A DNA stretch of 60,515 bases, the filler included. It is 4 parts of 4 records of this genome, joined end to end, with 100 filler letters (N's around TTAATTAATTAA, not from the genome) between each part and the next. Parts side by side here need not be neighbours in the genome. Positions count along the whole stretch, not along the records: positions 1 to 18,109 come from SRR2962707_4450; positions 18,210 to 26,919 come from SRR2962707_4453; 2 more parts are not named here. The stretch is one strand, 5' to 3'. The notes below the pieces were generated by a model. That model was not told where the DNA came from. It worked only from the letters and a program-made list of their open reading frames with translations, and ran no database searches. Positions 10,689 through 20,699 of the stretch are shown one piece after another. Every line of letters starts with the position of its first letter. The stretch's first letter is position 1. Position numbers and translations under genes: made by a program.

Positions 10689-12560
10689 ATGATCCGGTTG
10701 TTATTCTTTGTTGTGCTGGTTCTGGCGCTCGGCTTTGGTTTTGCCTGGTTGGCTGACCGGCCCGGTGATCTGTCCATTGTCTGGCAGGATCGCAGAATTG
10801 AAATGTCGCTGATGACAGCGGTCACTGTCATTGTCTCGCTGATTGCGGCGATCATGATCGGCTGGTGGCTCATTCGCACCATCATCTTGTCGCCGCGCAC
10901 GGTGGCCCGCTATTTCCGGGCCAACAAGCGTGACCGCGGTTATCAGGCGCTGTCGACCGGACTACTGGCCGCAGGATCAGGTGACGCGGCGATGGCGCGC
11001 AAGATGAACAAGCGGACCAAGGGTCTGCTGAAGGCTGATCAGGAACCGTTGATTCATCTTCTCGATGTGCAGGCAGCGCTGATCGAGGGCCGTCATGAAG
11101 AAGCCCGCAAGCTGTTTGCAGCGATGGCTGAAGACCCGGAAACCAAGCTGCTTGGGCTTCGCGGGCTCTATCTCGAGGCACAGCGCCAGGGTGCCGACGA
11201 GGCGGCCCAGCATTATGCGGAAACCGCTGCGGAACAGGCGCCGCATCTGCCGTGGGCGGGTGCCGCCGCGCTGTCTTACCGGACCCGGGAAGGCAAATGG
11301 GACGAAGCGCTCAAGTTGCTTGACCGTCAGCGCCACGCAGGCACCATCGCGGCTGCGGAAGCTGACAGGACAAAGGCTGTGCTGCTGACGGCCCGGGCGC
11401 GTGATCATGTTGACGGCAACCCGTCCGCTGCCCGCGATGATGCGCTTGCAGCCCTGAAGCTGGTGCCGGGATTCCCGCCCGCTGCTGTCATTGCGACAAA
11501 AGCGCTTCTGCGTCAGGACAATTTGGCAAAGGCGGCCAAAATCCTGCAAGCGGCCTGGAAAATCAATCCGCATCCCGAAATCGCCGAGGCCTATGTCCAC
11601 GCGCGGATCGGCGACACATCTGCCGACCGGCTCAAGCGTGCGGAGCGACTCGAAAAGCTCAAGCCGCTTAATCCCCAATCTCTTGATGCGGTGGCGCGTG
11701 CTGCGCTGGAAGCTCACCGTTTTGACCTCGCCCGTGAAAAAGCCGAAGCATCGGCAAGACTGCAGCCGTGCGAAGGCATATTCCTGTTGCTTGCCGACAT
11801 CGAAGAGGCCGAGACCGATGATCAGGGCCGTGTGCGCCACTGGCTGAGCCAGGCTGTGCGTGCCCCGCGGGATCCGGCCTGGACCGCCGACGGCTACGTG
11901 TCGGAAACCTGGGAACCGGTTTCGCCGGTCAGCGGCAAGCTGGACGCGTTTGAATGGAAGGTACCGGTCGAGCAGCTGGCTGGCCCAAGCATCGACAACC
12001 AGCCGCCTGCCGAAGCCTTCGACAGGGCGATGGCCAGTCTGCCGCCAATCGCCAAGGTCGCCACGCCCGATACTGCGTCCGTGTCCAACGGCGCATCTGA
12101 AGACGTGGCAGCGATTGCCGACCCTCTGGTCGAGGCGACAGGGCCGGTAGAACAGCCGGCAGAGGTGCCTGCTTCGGCGCCTAAAGCCAAGCCGTCGCCG
12201 GTGATTGACGCTGACGCTGTGGCTGCCGACAGCCCGCAATCAGCACCGATAGCCGCAGCGGCTGGCAAGACTGCCGATCCCGGCAAGGCCGAGCCAGGGG
12301 TCAAAGTGGCCGCAGCAGCCAAAACGCCGGATGCACTGGAAGACAAGGCGACCGAGGGTGTGAAGCCGAAGGAGCCGGTCAAGCCGGTAGAGGCCGCCAA
12401 GTCTGACAAGCCGGTCGAAGCGCCAATGACAACCGTCGCAGATCCGGAGGCTGATGCGAAGGCCAAGGAAACGGCGTTCCTGACCCATCGTCCTGATGAT
12501 CCGGGTATCGATGTCAACGCAGATCCGGAAAAGCCCGGTGGCCGTTTCCGTCTGTTCTGA
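10689..12560 (+). CDS. hemY: HemY-family TPR membrane protein (heme biosynthesis-associated, not a protoporphyrinogen oxidase)
   Basis: Two N-terminal TM helices with WLADRPG, RGYQALSTG, TPR-like helices, DPAWTADG..WEPVSPVSGKLDAFEWKVP, A/P/K-rich tail ending PDDPG. Confidence 0.88.
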   Translation: MIRLLFFVVLVLALGFGFAWLADRPGDLSIVWQDRRIEMSLMTAVTVIVSLIAAIMIGWWLIRTIILSPRTVARYFRANKRDRGYQALSTGLLAAGSGDAAMARKMNKRTKGLLKADQEPLIHLLDVQAALIEGRHEEARKLFAAMAEDPETKLLGLRGLYLEAQRQGADEAAQHYAETAAEQAPHLPWAGAAALSYRTREGKWDEALKLLDRQRHAGTIAAAEADRTKAVLLTARARDHVDGNPSAARDDALAALKLVPGFPPAAVIATKALLRQDNLAKAAKILQAAWKINPHPEIAEAYVHARIGDTSADRLKRAERLEKLKPLNPQSLDAVARAALEAHRFDLAREKAEASARLQPCEGIFLLLADIEEAETDDQGRVRHWLSQAVRAPRDPAWTADGYVSETWEPVSPVSGKLDAFEWKVPVEQLAGPSIDNQPPAEAFDRAMASLPPIAKVATPDTASVSNGASEDVAAIADPLVEATGPVEQPAEVPASAPKAKPSPVIDADAVAADSPQSAPIAAAAGKTADPGKAEPGVKVAAAAKTPDALEDKATEGVKPKEPVKPVEAAKSDKPVEAPMTTVADPEADAKAKETAFLTHRPDDPGIDVNADPEKPGGRFRLF

Positions 12561-12600
12561 TCCGCTACTTGAAAAGGCCTGGGACTTGAAAGGGCAATGA

Positions 12601-13083
12601 ATGCTTGACCAGATACGTATGTTCCTGCGTGAGCTCAAAGGCGGCACGCCGGCGGAGCCGGGCAGCAACGATGCCGATGTGGCTGCGGTGGCGCTGTTCT
12701 TCCACGTCATCGGCGCCGATGGAGTGATAGACGCGGTTGAGTCTGAAAAACTCAAGGCGTTGATTGCCCAGGAGTATGACCTGAGCGGCACGGCCATGCA
12801 GAAACTCATTGAGGCCGGCGAGCAGGCTGACCGTGAGGCGGTCGACCTCTATCAGTTCACCAGTGTGCTCAATCGCTCGCTGGACCCGGACGCGAAAGTT
12901 CATTTCATCGAGCTTTTGTGGAACCTTGCCTATGCCGATGGCTACCGGCATGAGCTGGAAGATCACGTTGTCTGGCGCATTGCCGACCTGATGGGCGTGT
13001 CCAGCCGCGACCGGGTGCTGGCGCGGCAACGCGCGCTTGCAACAGCCGGTATCGAGGAAACCGACCCGGATGACGGCAACTGA
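12601..13083 (+). CDS. TerB-family protein
   Basis: ADGVIDAVE..DLYQFTSVL..LWNLAYADG..HELEDHVVWRIADLMGV. Confidence 0.85.
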   Translation: MLDQIRMFLRELKGGTPAEPGSNDADVAAVALFFHVIGADGVIDAVESEKLKALIAQEYDLSGTAMQKLIEAGEQADREAVDLYQFTSVLNRSLDPDAKVHFIELLWNLAYADGYRHELEDHVVWRIADLMGVSSRDRVLARQRALATAGIEETDPDDGN

Positions 13084-13102
13084 TATAGCGCCAGGTTTGC
13101 GC

Positions 13103-14404
13103 TCAAGCGGTCCCTGAACCGGATTTTCGCTGCTGATCCAATTCGGCTTTGAGTGCTGCGCGGCTTTCTTCGGCGTCGCGGTCGAGAGACTGGATCTGGC
13201 GTAATTGCGGAAAGCCCATACTCCAGGCAAGTGCCACAGCGAGGGTTCCGCCGCCGCCGATTACAACGGCTGCCACCGGACCGATCAGCGAGGCCATGAC
13301 GCCGGCGCGAAATTCGCCAAGCTCGTTGGAAGCGCCGATGAACACCATGTTGACGGCGCTGACCCGACCGCGCAACTCGTCCGGCGTCCACAATTGCACC
13401 AGGCTCTGGCGGACATAGACCGAAATCATGTCGGAGGCGCCCATTACAATCAGCGCCGCCATGGTCAGCGGCAGTGATTTCGACAGGCCGAAAACCACGG
13501 TTGCGGCTCCGAATACACCCACGGCAATGAACATTGCGCGTCCGGCATGTCTGCGAATCGGCCTTGAGGCGAGGTAGATCGCCATGCCTATGGCGCCGAT
13601 GCCCGGGCTGGCGCGCAGGAAACCAAGCCCCCAGGGGCCGAGGTCCAGAACATCGCGGGCAAAGACCGGCATCAGGGCCACGGCTCCACCAAGCAGCACG
13701 GCAAACATGTCGAGTGAAATGGCGCCGAGAACGATCTTCTGATTGCGGACATAGCTGAATCCGGCCACCAGCGCTTTCCAGCTCTGGCCTTGGCTGCGCG
13801 CGCGTTGCAGCGGCGGCGGCACCAGGGCAATGGCGATGATGGCGGCTACGAAGAACACGCAGGCAGTCAGATAGGGCACTGTTGCGCCGAGGCCGTAAAG
13901 CAGCCCGCCAGCCACCGGGCCGACGATGGTGGCGGTCTGCCAGGAGGTCGAGTTCCAGGCAATTGCGTTGGGCAGGTCACGGGCCGGGACCAGATTGGGC
14001 GCCAGGGACTGCGAGGCGGGTGCGAAAAAGGCCCGCGATATGCCGATAACCAGCAGCACACTGAAGATCGGCAATGGTGAGGTCAGGCCACGCCAGGCGA
14101 AATAGACCAGCGCTGACGCCGACAGGCCGATGATGATTTCGCTGATCAGCATGATGGTGCGGCGGCCATAGCGGTCAGCAGCGGCGCCAGTAAACAGGAT
14201 CAGCACCAGAGCCGGCAAGAACTGAATAAGGCCGACCAGTCCCAGATCGAAAGGATCCCGGGTCAGATCATAAATCTGCCAGCCGACCGCGACGCTGATG
14301 ATCTGCAGAGCGAAGGATGAAAGGAACCTGGCTGCAAAATATAAGGTGAAGGCGCGATGGCGAAACGCTGCGAAGCGGTCTTCTGCCGTGGCTGGGGCTT
14401 GCAT
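13103..14404 (-). CDS. MFS transporter (MFS_3 / H+ antiporter-like)
   Basis: ~12 TM segments, GAAADRYGRR motif A, TPDELRGRVSA. Confidence 0.92.
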   Translation of the reverse strand: MQAPATAEDRFAAFRHRAFTLYFAARFLSSFALQIISVAVGWQIYDLTRDPFDLGLVGLIQFLPALVLILFTGAAADRYGRRTIMLISEIIIGLSASALVYFAWRGLTSPLPIFSVLLVIGISRAFFAPASQSLAPNLVPARDLPNAIAWNSTSWQTATIVGPVAGGLLYGLGATVPYLTACVFFVAAIIAIALVPPPLQRARSQGQSWKALVAGFSYVRNQKIVLGAISLDMFAVLLGGAVALMPVFARDVLDLGPWGLGFLRASPGIGAIGMAIYLASRPIRRHAGRAMFIAVGVFGAATVVFGLSKSLPLTMAALIVMGASDMISVYVRQSLVQLWTPDELRGRVSAVNMVFIGASNELGEFRAGVMASLIGPVAAVVIGGGGTLAVALAWSMGFPQLRQIQSLDRDAEESRAALKAELDQQRKSGSGTA

Positions 14405-14576
14405 GATGTCTGTCCGGTTTGTGCTGACCGAGCTATACACGAGCAATGCTGCGGCGCCACCGTTTGCTGGCGCCGGGCAGCCTTAACCCTGCCGCCTTAT
14501 AGGCAGGCACGCGCTCTTGCCGCTTGGGCTTGGAGTGTCTACATGTCTGTCACGCGAAGAACAGCCGGAGAATCTT

Positions 14577-14879
14577 ATGATTGCAGTCTTTTCAACCATC
14601 GACATGATCCTTGGCCTGTACACCTGGATCATCATCGGCAGTGCCATTTTCTCCTGGCTTTACGCCTTCAACGTGGTCAATCCGAACAACCGGTTCGTCG
14701 GTATGATCGGCGAGTTCCTGTTCAAGGCAACCGAACCGGCGCTCAAGCCCATCCGCCGGATCATGCCGGATCTCGGCGGGCTCGATATTTCGCCGATCCT
14801 GCTTTTGTTCACGATTTACTTCGTTCGCATCTTCATAAAGACCTCCATTGCTCCGATGTTCGGTGTCATCATTCGCTAG
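14577..14879 (+). CDS. YggT-family membrane protein
   Basis: IFSWLYAFNVVN..TEPALKPIRRIMPDLGGLDISP. Confidence 0.92.
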   Translation: MIAVFSTIDMILGLYTWIIIGSAIFSWLYAFNVVNPNNRFVGMIGEFLFKATEPALKPIRRIMPDLGGLDISPILLLFTIYFVRIFIKTSIAPMFGVIIR

Positions 14880-15174
14880 ACAGCGCGAGGGCGGGATCGA
14901 ACTCGCAGTTCGCCTGACGCCGTCCGCTTCCCTCGACGGGATCGATGGTCCGGTCGAGGATGCAGCCGGAATGATCCGGCTGAAAGTGCGGGTCCGTGCA
15001 GTGGCCGAGAAGAACAAGGCCAACCGTGCACTTGAAAAGCTCATCGCCAAGAAGCTGAAGATCGGCAAAACCGCTGTCCGGGTGATCTCCGGGGAGACGA
15101 GCCGGTCGAAGACCGTTCGTGTCGAGGGTGAACCCTCGGAACTGGTTGATTCCATCAAGGCACTCGTCAGCTGA
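14848..15174 (+). CDS. DUF167 (YggU/UPF0235) protein
   Basis: VRLTP..LKVRVRA..KAN.AL..LIAK..ISGETSRSK; follows yggT; start uncertain. Confidence 0.85.
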   Translation: MLRCSVSSFARQREGGIELAVRLTPSASLDGIDGPVEDAAGMIRLKVRVRAVAEKNKANRALEKLIAKKLKIGKTAVRVISGETSRSKTVRVEGEPSELVDSIKALVS

Positions 15175-15274
15175 CTAAAGCGTCGCACGGTGCTCCAAAC
15201 AATCGCGCCACCGGATCGGCTGATCAAGTGGCGCGAAGAAATGCTATAACGGTCTTATTGATCAGAGCCTGCGG

Positions 15275-15808
15275 TCAGCCCTTGGTCTTGGCCCGTTCGA
15301 TCGCCTCGACGATCAGCTTGCGGGCGATTTCCACATTGCGCCAGCCACCGATCTTGACCCATTTGCCGGGCTCCAGATCCTTGTAGTGCTCGAAGAAGTG
15401 TTCGATCTGCTGCAGTGTGATCTCGGGCATGTCAGTGTAGTCGTTGACACCTTCATAGCGCTTGGTCAGATGCGTCGACGGGACGGCAATGATCTTCTCG
15501 TCCTGGCCGGCATTGTCTTCCATGATCAGCACGCCGATCGGGCGGACGTTGATCACGCAGCCTGGAATCAGCGGACGGGTGTTGCAGACCAGAACGTCAA
15601 TCGGATCGCCATCATCGGACAGTGTGTGCGGCACAAAGCCGTAATTGCCCGGATAGGTCATTGGTGTGTAGAGGAACCGGTCAACGACCAGAGTTCCTGC
15701 ATCCTTGTCCATCTCGTATTTGATCGGTTGTCCGCCAACCGGCACCTCGATGATCACGTTGACGTCGTGTGGCGGCTTTTCGCCGATGCTGATGGCGTCT
15801 ATGCGCAT
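15275..15808 (-). CDS. ppa: Inorganic pyrophosphatase (family I)
   Basis: [51 protein letters not shown]. Confidence 0.97.
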   Translation of the reverse strand: MRIDAISIGEKPPHDVNVIIEVPVGGQPIKYEMDKDAGTLVVDRFLYTPMTYPGNYGFVPHTLSDDGDPIDVLVCNTRPLIPGCVINVRPIGVLIMEDNAGQDEKIIAVPSTHLTKRYEGVNDYTDMPEITLQQIEHFFEHYKDLEPGKWVKIGGWRNVEIARKLIVEAIERAKTKG

Positions 15809-16006
15809 GGTCGCTCCAATCCGGATCTGTGGTGCATGCCGTACTCAAATGGGAGGATTGAGAAACACGTGCATGCGGCAATTCAGGGCGTTGATACATC
15901 GGCCAGCGCTTGCGCGGGCACGTGCTGTAACAGCCGGTTCCGGAATTAAAGCCAAAGCCGGTTCGGTGCAACAGGACTTTTGGCGAGGATAGCTACAACT
16001 GAGCGG

Positions 16007-16513
16007 TCAGGACCAGACGAAGGCAAGTTTCTTGAGCGTCTTGCCGTCAAATGTCTCGTGGCCCTCGGCGACGTCGCGACCGGCCTGGAAGCGATAGAAC
16101 TCGACGGCGGAATGATTGTCTTCGAGACACCAGACAACCACGCCCTTGCAGCCCAGCGAGTCGAGAAGCTGCCGGGCTTCGTTGAACAGGCGTTTGCCCA
16201 GTCCGACACCCTGGAATTCAGGCTTCAGATAGAGTTCGTATATCTCGCCTTCCTGCGGCAGCGAGCGAGCCCTGTTGAGGCCAAGCGTGGCGTAACCGGC
16301 AACAGTCCCGCCGACATCGAGCACGAGAATGGATGTCGAGCCCCGCACAGCGCGCTCCCACCAGCCGATATTGCGACGCTCAAGCATGTGCCGCAATGCC
16401 TTGTAGGGAAGGATCCCCGCATAGGCGTGGCTCCAGGCCGCGCGATGGGTGCAGGCAATAGCTTCTGCATCCTGCGGCTCGGCGTGCCGAATATCGATTG
16501 TTAACGTGCTCAT
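16007..16513 (-). CDS. GNAT-family N-acetyltransferase
   Basis: EIYELYLKPEFQGVGLGKRL acetyl-CoA motif, WCLEDN..A..FY. Confidence 0.9.
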   Translation of the reverse strand: MSTLTIDIRHAEPQDAEAIACTHRAAWSHAYAGILPYKALRHMLERRNIGWWERAVRGSTSILVLDVGGTVAGYATLGLNRARSLPQEGEIYELYLKPEFQGVGLGKRLFNEARQLLDSLGCKGVVVWCLEDNHSAVEFYRFQAGRDVAEGHETFDGKTLKKLAFVWS

Positions 16514-16609
16514 GCGCTCATACTACCGGTCATGGTAAGTCCGAAGAAGCCACGGTGGGCCTGCCACGGCATCTGCCCACAGTATTGTTTTGTGGACGGC
16601 GTGAGGTGA

Positions 16610-16625
16610 GTTAACCGTTTGTTAA
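16610..16625 (-). promoter_or_regulatory. Putative CtrA binding site
   Basis: Minus strand TTAA-CAAACGG-TTAAC is the full TTAA-N7-TTAAC consensus, ~100 bp upstream of the GNAT gene in an alphaproteobacterial contig. Confidence 0.6.
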
Positions 16626-16753
16626 GGAAATATGCAAGGGCGGCGTTGCCGCTGTTGACGGCTTACAGCGCCGCGGATCCGGCTGGATGCGCAAAGGACG
16701 ATGTAACACTTTGAAATGATGACGTCCCTGCATCAGGCCGCTAGGAACCGGGT

Positions 16754-17398
16754 TCAGGCTGCTGTGAACCGGTTGAGGGTTTTCTGCGCGGCCTCGAAGA
16801 ACTGGCCGACCTGCAGGCCATCGACCAGCGCATGGTGAACCTGTACCGCGACCGGGCAGCTCCAGCTGCCGTCAGCTGCCTGAACGAACTTGCCCCATGA
16901 AAAGCGCGGAATGCAGTCATCAGGCCCGGGCAGTGCATTGTCGAGCGAGGTGAAATCGATCCAGGGGAGACAGGAGAGATAGGCAAGATCGAAACGCTGG
17001 CCGGTGTTGGCGCCGAGGTCGGCACCCTTCGCGGTTTCCTCGATAATTGCCTTGCAGCTCTCGTCGAAACGGCTCCAGTCCTCGATATAAGGAATATAGG
17101 CGTAGCCGAAGGTGTCGCCGGGCCGCGGGACCGTGGCCGACAGCGAGATGTCGTCGTACTGAAGCACCCGATCGCCTTCGAACCGCATCTTCAGCGCCGG
17201 CACAGCGTTCACGCCGGCGCCAATGGCATGGATGAAGGCCCGGTAAGGCGACACGCCTTGCGGCTTGCCTTGGGTCATCAGGGCAGTGATGTCGACGCGC
17301 GCGGTGGTGGCGAAATGCGGCCGGTCATAGGTCCGGAACAGATTGAACTGTCCGGCCCGTGACCAGGTCGCAAGATCGATTTCGCGCGCGCCACTCAT
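16754..17398 (-). CDS. Chloramphenicol acetyltransferase (CatA)-like O-acetyltransferase
   Basis: IDLATWSR..F..F, SCLPWIDFTS, IPRFSWGKF, VQVHHALVDG catalytic motif. Confidence 0.88.
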   Translation of the reverse strand: MSGAREIDLATWSRAGQFNLFRTYDRPHFATTARVDITALMTQGKPQGVSPYRAFIHAIGAGVNAVPALKMRFEGDRVLQYDDISLSATVPRPGDTFGYAYIPYIEDWSRFDESCKAIIEETAKGADLGANTGQRFDLAYLSCLPWIDFTSLDNALPGPDDCIPRFSWGKFVQAADGSWSCPVAVQVHHALVDGLQVGQFFEAAQKTLNRFTAA

Positions 17399-18109
17399 CA
17401 GGCTGCGGTTGCGCCGGTTTTGCCCTGACGCTTGCGATCGGTGGCGTCGAGGAAACGCTTGCGCAGACGGATCGATTTTGGAGTTACTTCCATCAATTCG
17501 TCGTCCTGGATCCAGGACAGCGAGCGGTCCAGCGTCATGCGGATCGGCGTTGTCAGCTTGATTGCTTCGTCCTTGCCGGCAGCACGAATGTTGTTGAGCT
17601 GCTTGGCCTTGAGAACGTTGACCTCGAGGTCGTTGTCGCGGGTATGGATGCCGATGATCATGCCCATGTAGACCTTGTCGCCCGGCTCGATGATCATCGG
17701 TCCGCGGCTTTCGAGGTTGAACATGGCGTAGGCAACGGCTTCGCCGGACATGTTGGACAGCAACACGCCATTGGTACGGCCCGGGATATCGCCCTTGTAG
17801 GCCTGGTAGTCATGGAACAGGCGGTTCATCACGGCGGTGCCGCGGGTATCGGTCAGCAGTTCCGACTGGTAACCGATCAGGCCGCGTGTCGGAGCATGGA
17901 ACACCAGACGGACGCGATTGCCGCCGGATGGGCGAAGCTCGGTCATTTCAGCCTTGCGCTCGGACATCTTCTGAACGACGACGCCGGAATGCTCTTCATC
18001 AACGTCGATGACGACTTCCTCGATCGGCTCCAGCAGCTTGCCGTCTTCGTCCTTGTGCATGACGACGCGCGGACGTGACACGGCCAGCTCGAAGCCTTCG
18101 CGGCGCATG
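17398..18109 (-). CDS. typA: Translational GTPase TypA/BipA, C-terminal fragment (cut by contig end)
   Basis: MRREGFELAVSRPRV, LEPIEEVVIDV, PTRGLIGYQSELLTDTRG, KQLNNIRAAGKDE, ELMEVTPKSIRLRK. Confidence 0.97.
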
Positions 18110-18209
18110 NNNNNNNNNNNNNNNNNNNNNNNNNNNNNNNNNNNNNNNNNNNNTTAATTAATTAANNNNNNNNNNNNNNNNNNNNNNNNNNNNNNNNNNN
18201 NNNNNNNNN
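18110..18209. other. Artificial contig spacer (N44-TTAATTAATTAA-N44)
   Basis: N runs flanking a 12-mer with stops in all six frames; genes are cut on both sides. Confidence 0.98.
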
Positions 18210-18314
18210 CATCGCCAGCACATGCTGGATACCCAGCGGTACGGCCTTGGCGAGCGGCGGTGTGTAATTCGGATCCCGCAGCTGTTCTGCGGTACCGATT
18301 GAAGTGTCTGCCAT
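18210..18314 (-). CDS. NCS2-family nucleobase (xanthine/uracil) permease, N-terminal fragment
   Basis: My translation MADTSIGTAEQLRDPNYTPPLAKAVPLGIQHVLAM contains the NCS2 TM1 motif LGxQHxLAM; next to allantoicase. Confidence 0.8.
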
Positions 18315-18504
18315 TGGATAGTCCTTTGTTCCCCAGGGGTTTATGTCAAGCCGGTCCGCTGCCCCCGATTGCCGCGAACCGGCTGATTTGCCGGTTGGTT
18401 TAACCTCGCAATGATCAGGCGGTGCTCATTTCCACCGCCCCAACACTATCCCGGTCTTCTCTTCGAAAACGCAAGAACTATGCCATGAGTCCCCGTTTTG
18501 CAGC

Positions 18505-19518
18505 CTATGCGATCCGCCCGGTCAATTTCAGACGGCTCACCCCCCCATCGGGGAAAATGTTGAGCCGCACATGAGTGACAGGCCCGATATCGTGGATATG
18601 CGCGGAAAGATCATGCACATGATCGGCCTGCAGCTTCTGCTGGCCGATCAGTTCCGGCCAGAACATCGAGGCTGTGATGATCGCATCACCGGCATCGGTT
18701 CCAAATTCGCTCATGTCGGCGGCCTGTATCGAGCAGGTGTCCGGGAAATTGCCTTTGAAATAAGCAGTGTCGACCACAGCGCCTGACAGAACGCCGCGTG
18801 CGCCCAGAGCGATGACGATCCACTCGTTGCCTGGAACCCGCCGCCGGCTGGTCTCCCAGCCATCACCCATGTTCTCGCCGCGCCCTGGAGCAAGCAACCG
18901 GTGGTAGGAACCGTAATGGGCATCCGAGAAACCGATGATGCGGCCGCCATTCAATGCTGCCGACAGCTCGATGTCGCCGTCGCCCACCCGGGAGTGATCG
19001 AGGAACGGTTGCCCGAACACGCGCAGCCGGGCAACGCCGCCGTCTGGATAGATGTGCAGCCGGACATGGGTGAAGATCTCAGAGGAAAGCGATGCCAGAT
19101 AGTGATGTGCGTTCGGCCCCAGTGGAGATGTGCCGAGCACTTCGGTCCACTCAGTGCCATCATCGGGATCGCCAGCGACATTGCAGGCCTCAATCCGGGC
19201 TGCGGGTGGATAGTTGCCGGTAAAATGCGATGTGTCGACGTCGAAGCCATCGATCCGGCCCGCAGTTGCCAGCCGGATCACCGAAAAATCATGTCCGAGG
19301 ACGCGCTTGCGACGGCTCTCCCAGCCGTCCATCCATTTGCCGTGATCGTCAAACTTGTCTTCGATGAACACCGCAGGCTGATCTGCGAGCATGCGTTCCA
19401 GCGGAGCAAAGAACTCGTCGGTGACGTATATACCTTTCGCGCCAAGTCCTGCTGATGCAAGGTTGACGGAATTGCGTGCAAAACCCGGAAGCTGCGCCGG
19501 CACGTGGTCACTCATCAT
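18505..19518 (-). CDS. alc: Allantoicase
   Basis: Two repeats: GKWMDGWESRRKR / MGDGWETSRRR, DTSHFTGNYP / DTAYFKGNFP, IYPDGGVARLRV / IFPDGGVSRL. Confidence 0.95.
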   Translation of the reverse strand: MMSDHVPAQLPGFARNSVNLASAGLGAKGIYVTDEFFAPLERMLADQPAVFIEDKFDDHGKWMDGWESRRKRVLGHDFSVIRLATAGRIDGFDVDTSHFTGNYPPAARIEACNVAGDPDDGTEWTEVLGTSPLGPNAHHYLASLSSEIFTHVRLHIYPDGGVARLRVFGQPFLDHSRVGDGDIELSAALNGGRIIGFSDAHYGSYHRLLAPGRGENMGDGWETSRRRVPGNEWIVIALGARGVLSGAVVDTAYFKGNFPDTCSIQAADMSEFGTDAGDAIITASMFWPELIGQQKLQADHVHDLSAHIHDIGPVTHVRLNIFPDGGVSRLKLTGRIA

Positions 19519-19597
19519 GTCTCTCCTGGACGAATGGGGCCGGGTTGGACGACCCGGATTTCAACACCATAGTATGGAAGGAAAATGCAGTCCGGTT

Positions 19598-20533
19598 TCA
19601 AATTTTTCCTGAAGATGTTAAAGCCGCGGCGCGGTCTATCTCGGTGCGGATGCCCTTGATGACGTGATCGATGAACAGTTTGACCTTCGGATCCTGCAGC
19701 CGCTTGTGCGGATAAAGGCACGAGAAGGGCTGCTGCGTCTGTGGCGTCTCCATCGCCACTTGCACCAGATTTCCGGCATCAAGATGGGCGGCCACGTCGT
19801 AACGGGTCTTGCTGGCAATGCCGCAATCGGCAAGCGCCCACGCAGTGAGCACATCGCCATCATCGCTTTCCAGCGATCCTTCGGGGTGAAAGCCGCGAAC
19901 TTCGCCGTCGACCAGCAGGTTCCAGTAAAACTCCGTAGCCCCCGGATAGCGCAACAGCAGGCATTTATGCTTTTCCGAAATGATCTCGTCGCCATTTTTG
20001 GGCATGCCGTGCTTTTTGATATAGCCCGGTGAGGCCACAAGCACGCGCTCGAAATCGTGGATTGCCCGCACCCGAAGGTCGGAATCGGGTAACGGACCGA
20101 GCACGAAGGCTGCATCAAGACCTTCCTGGGCGATATCGACCTTGCGGTCCGACAGCCTGAGCCGGACATTGATGTCCGGATATTCCACCTTGAAGGCCGG
20201 GATCAGAGGCGCCACCAGCTTCTTGCCGAGTGCCAGCGGCGCCGAAATGAACAAAGTTCCTTTTGGCTGCGCTGTGATTTCGGCAATGCCGCCCTCAACC
20301 TCGCGGATCGTATCGAGGATCTTGATCGCGCCCTTGTAGAACAGTTCGCCGTGGGCAGTGGCACGCAAGCTGCGGGTGGTGCGGTTGAACAGCCGTACGC
20401 CGAGGCTTTTTTCAAGATCTGAAATGCGGCTTGAGGACACGGCAGCCGAAACCCGCAAATCCCGCGCGGCAGCCGACATGCTGCCCAGCTCGTAAACGCG
20501 CACAAAAGTCTTGAGCATGTCCACATAGGCCAT
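19598..20533 (-). CDS. LysR-family transcriptional regulator
   Basis: FVRVYELGSMSAAARDL..VSSSRISDLEKSLGVRLFNRTTR HTH plus substrate-binding domain. Confidence 0.95.
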   Translation of the reverse strand: MAYVDMLKTFVRVYELGSMSAAARDLRVSAAVSSSRISDLEKSLGVRLFNRTTRSLRATAHGELFYKGAIKILDTIREVEGGIAEITAQPKGTLFISAPLALGKKLVAPLIPAFKVEYPDINVRLRLSDRKVDIAQEGLDAAFVLGPLPDSDLRVRAIHDFERVLVASPGYIKKHGMPKNGDEIISEKHKCLLLRYPGATEFYWNLLVDGEVRGFHPEGSLESDDGDVLTAWALADCGIASKTRYDVAAHLDAGNLVQVAMETPQTQQPFSCLYPHKRLQDPKVKLFIDHVIKGIRTEIDRAAALTSSGKI

Positions 20534-20699
20534 GAATTTTATCCCCGGTAAGTCAAGGCATGCGGCGTCTCGCATTGAAATGCATTCGGGCGCTGCGTCC
20601 GCTCAATTGAACGCGTGCGCTGACGATTGTCCAGAAGAAATGGAAAACAAGGCTGATTGTCTTGCATCAGACGAAAATGAGGTGATCGAAAGCGCCGTC

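Noticed and set aside
18154-18165. TTAATTAATTAA palindrome repeated three times (also 26964 and 52862)
   Set aside because: Embedded in N runs; a synthetic six-frame-stop linker, not biology.
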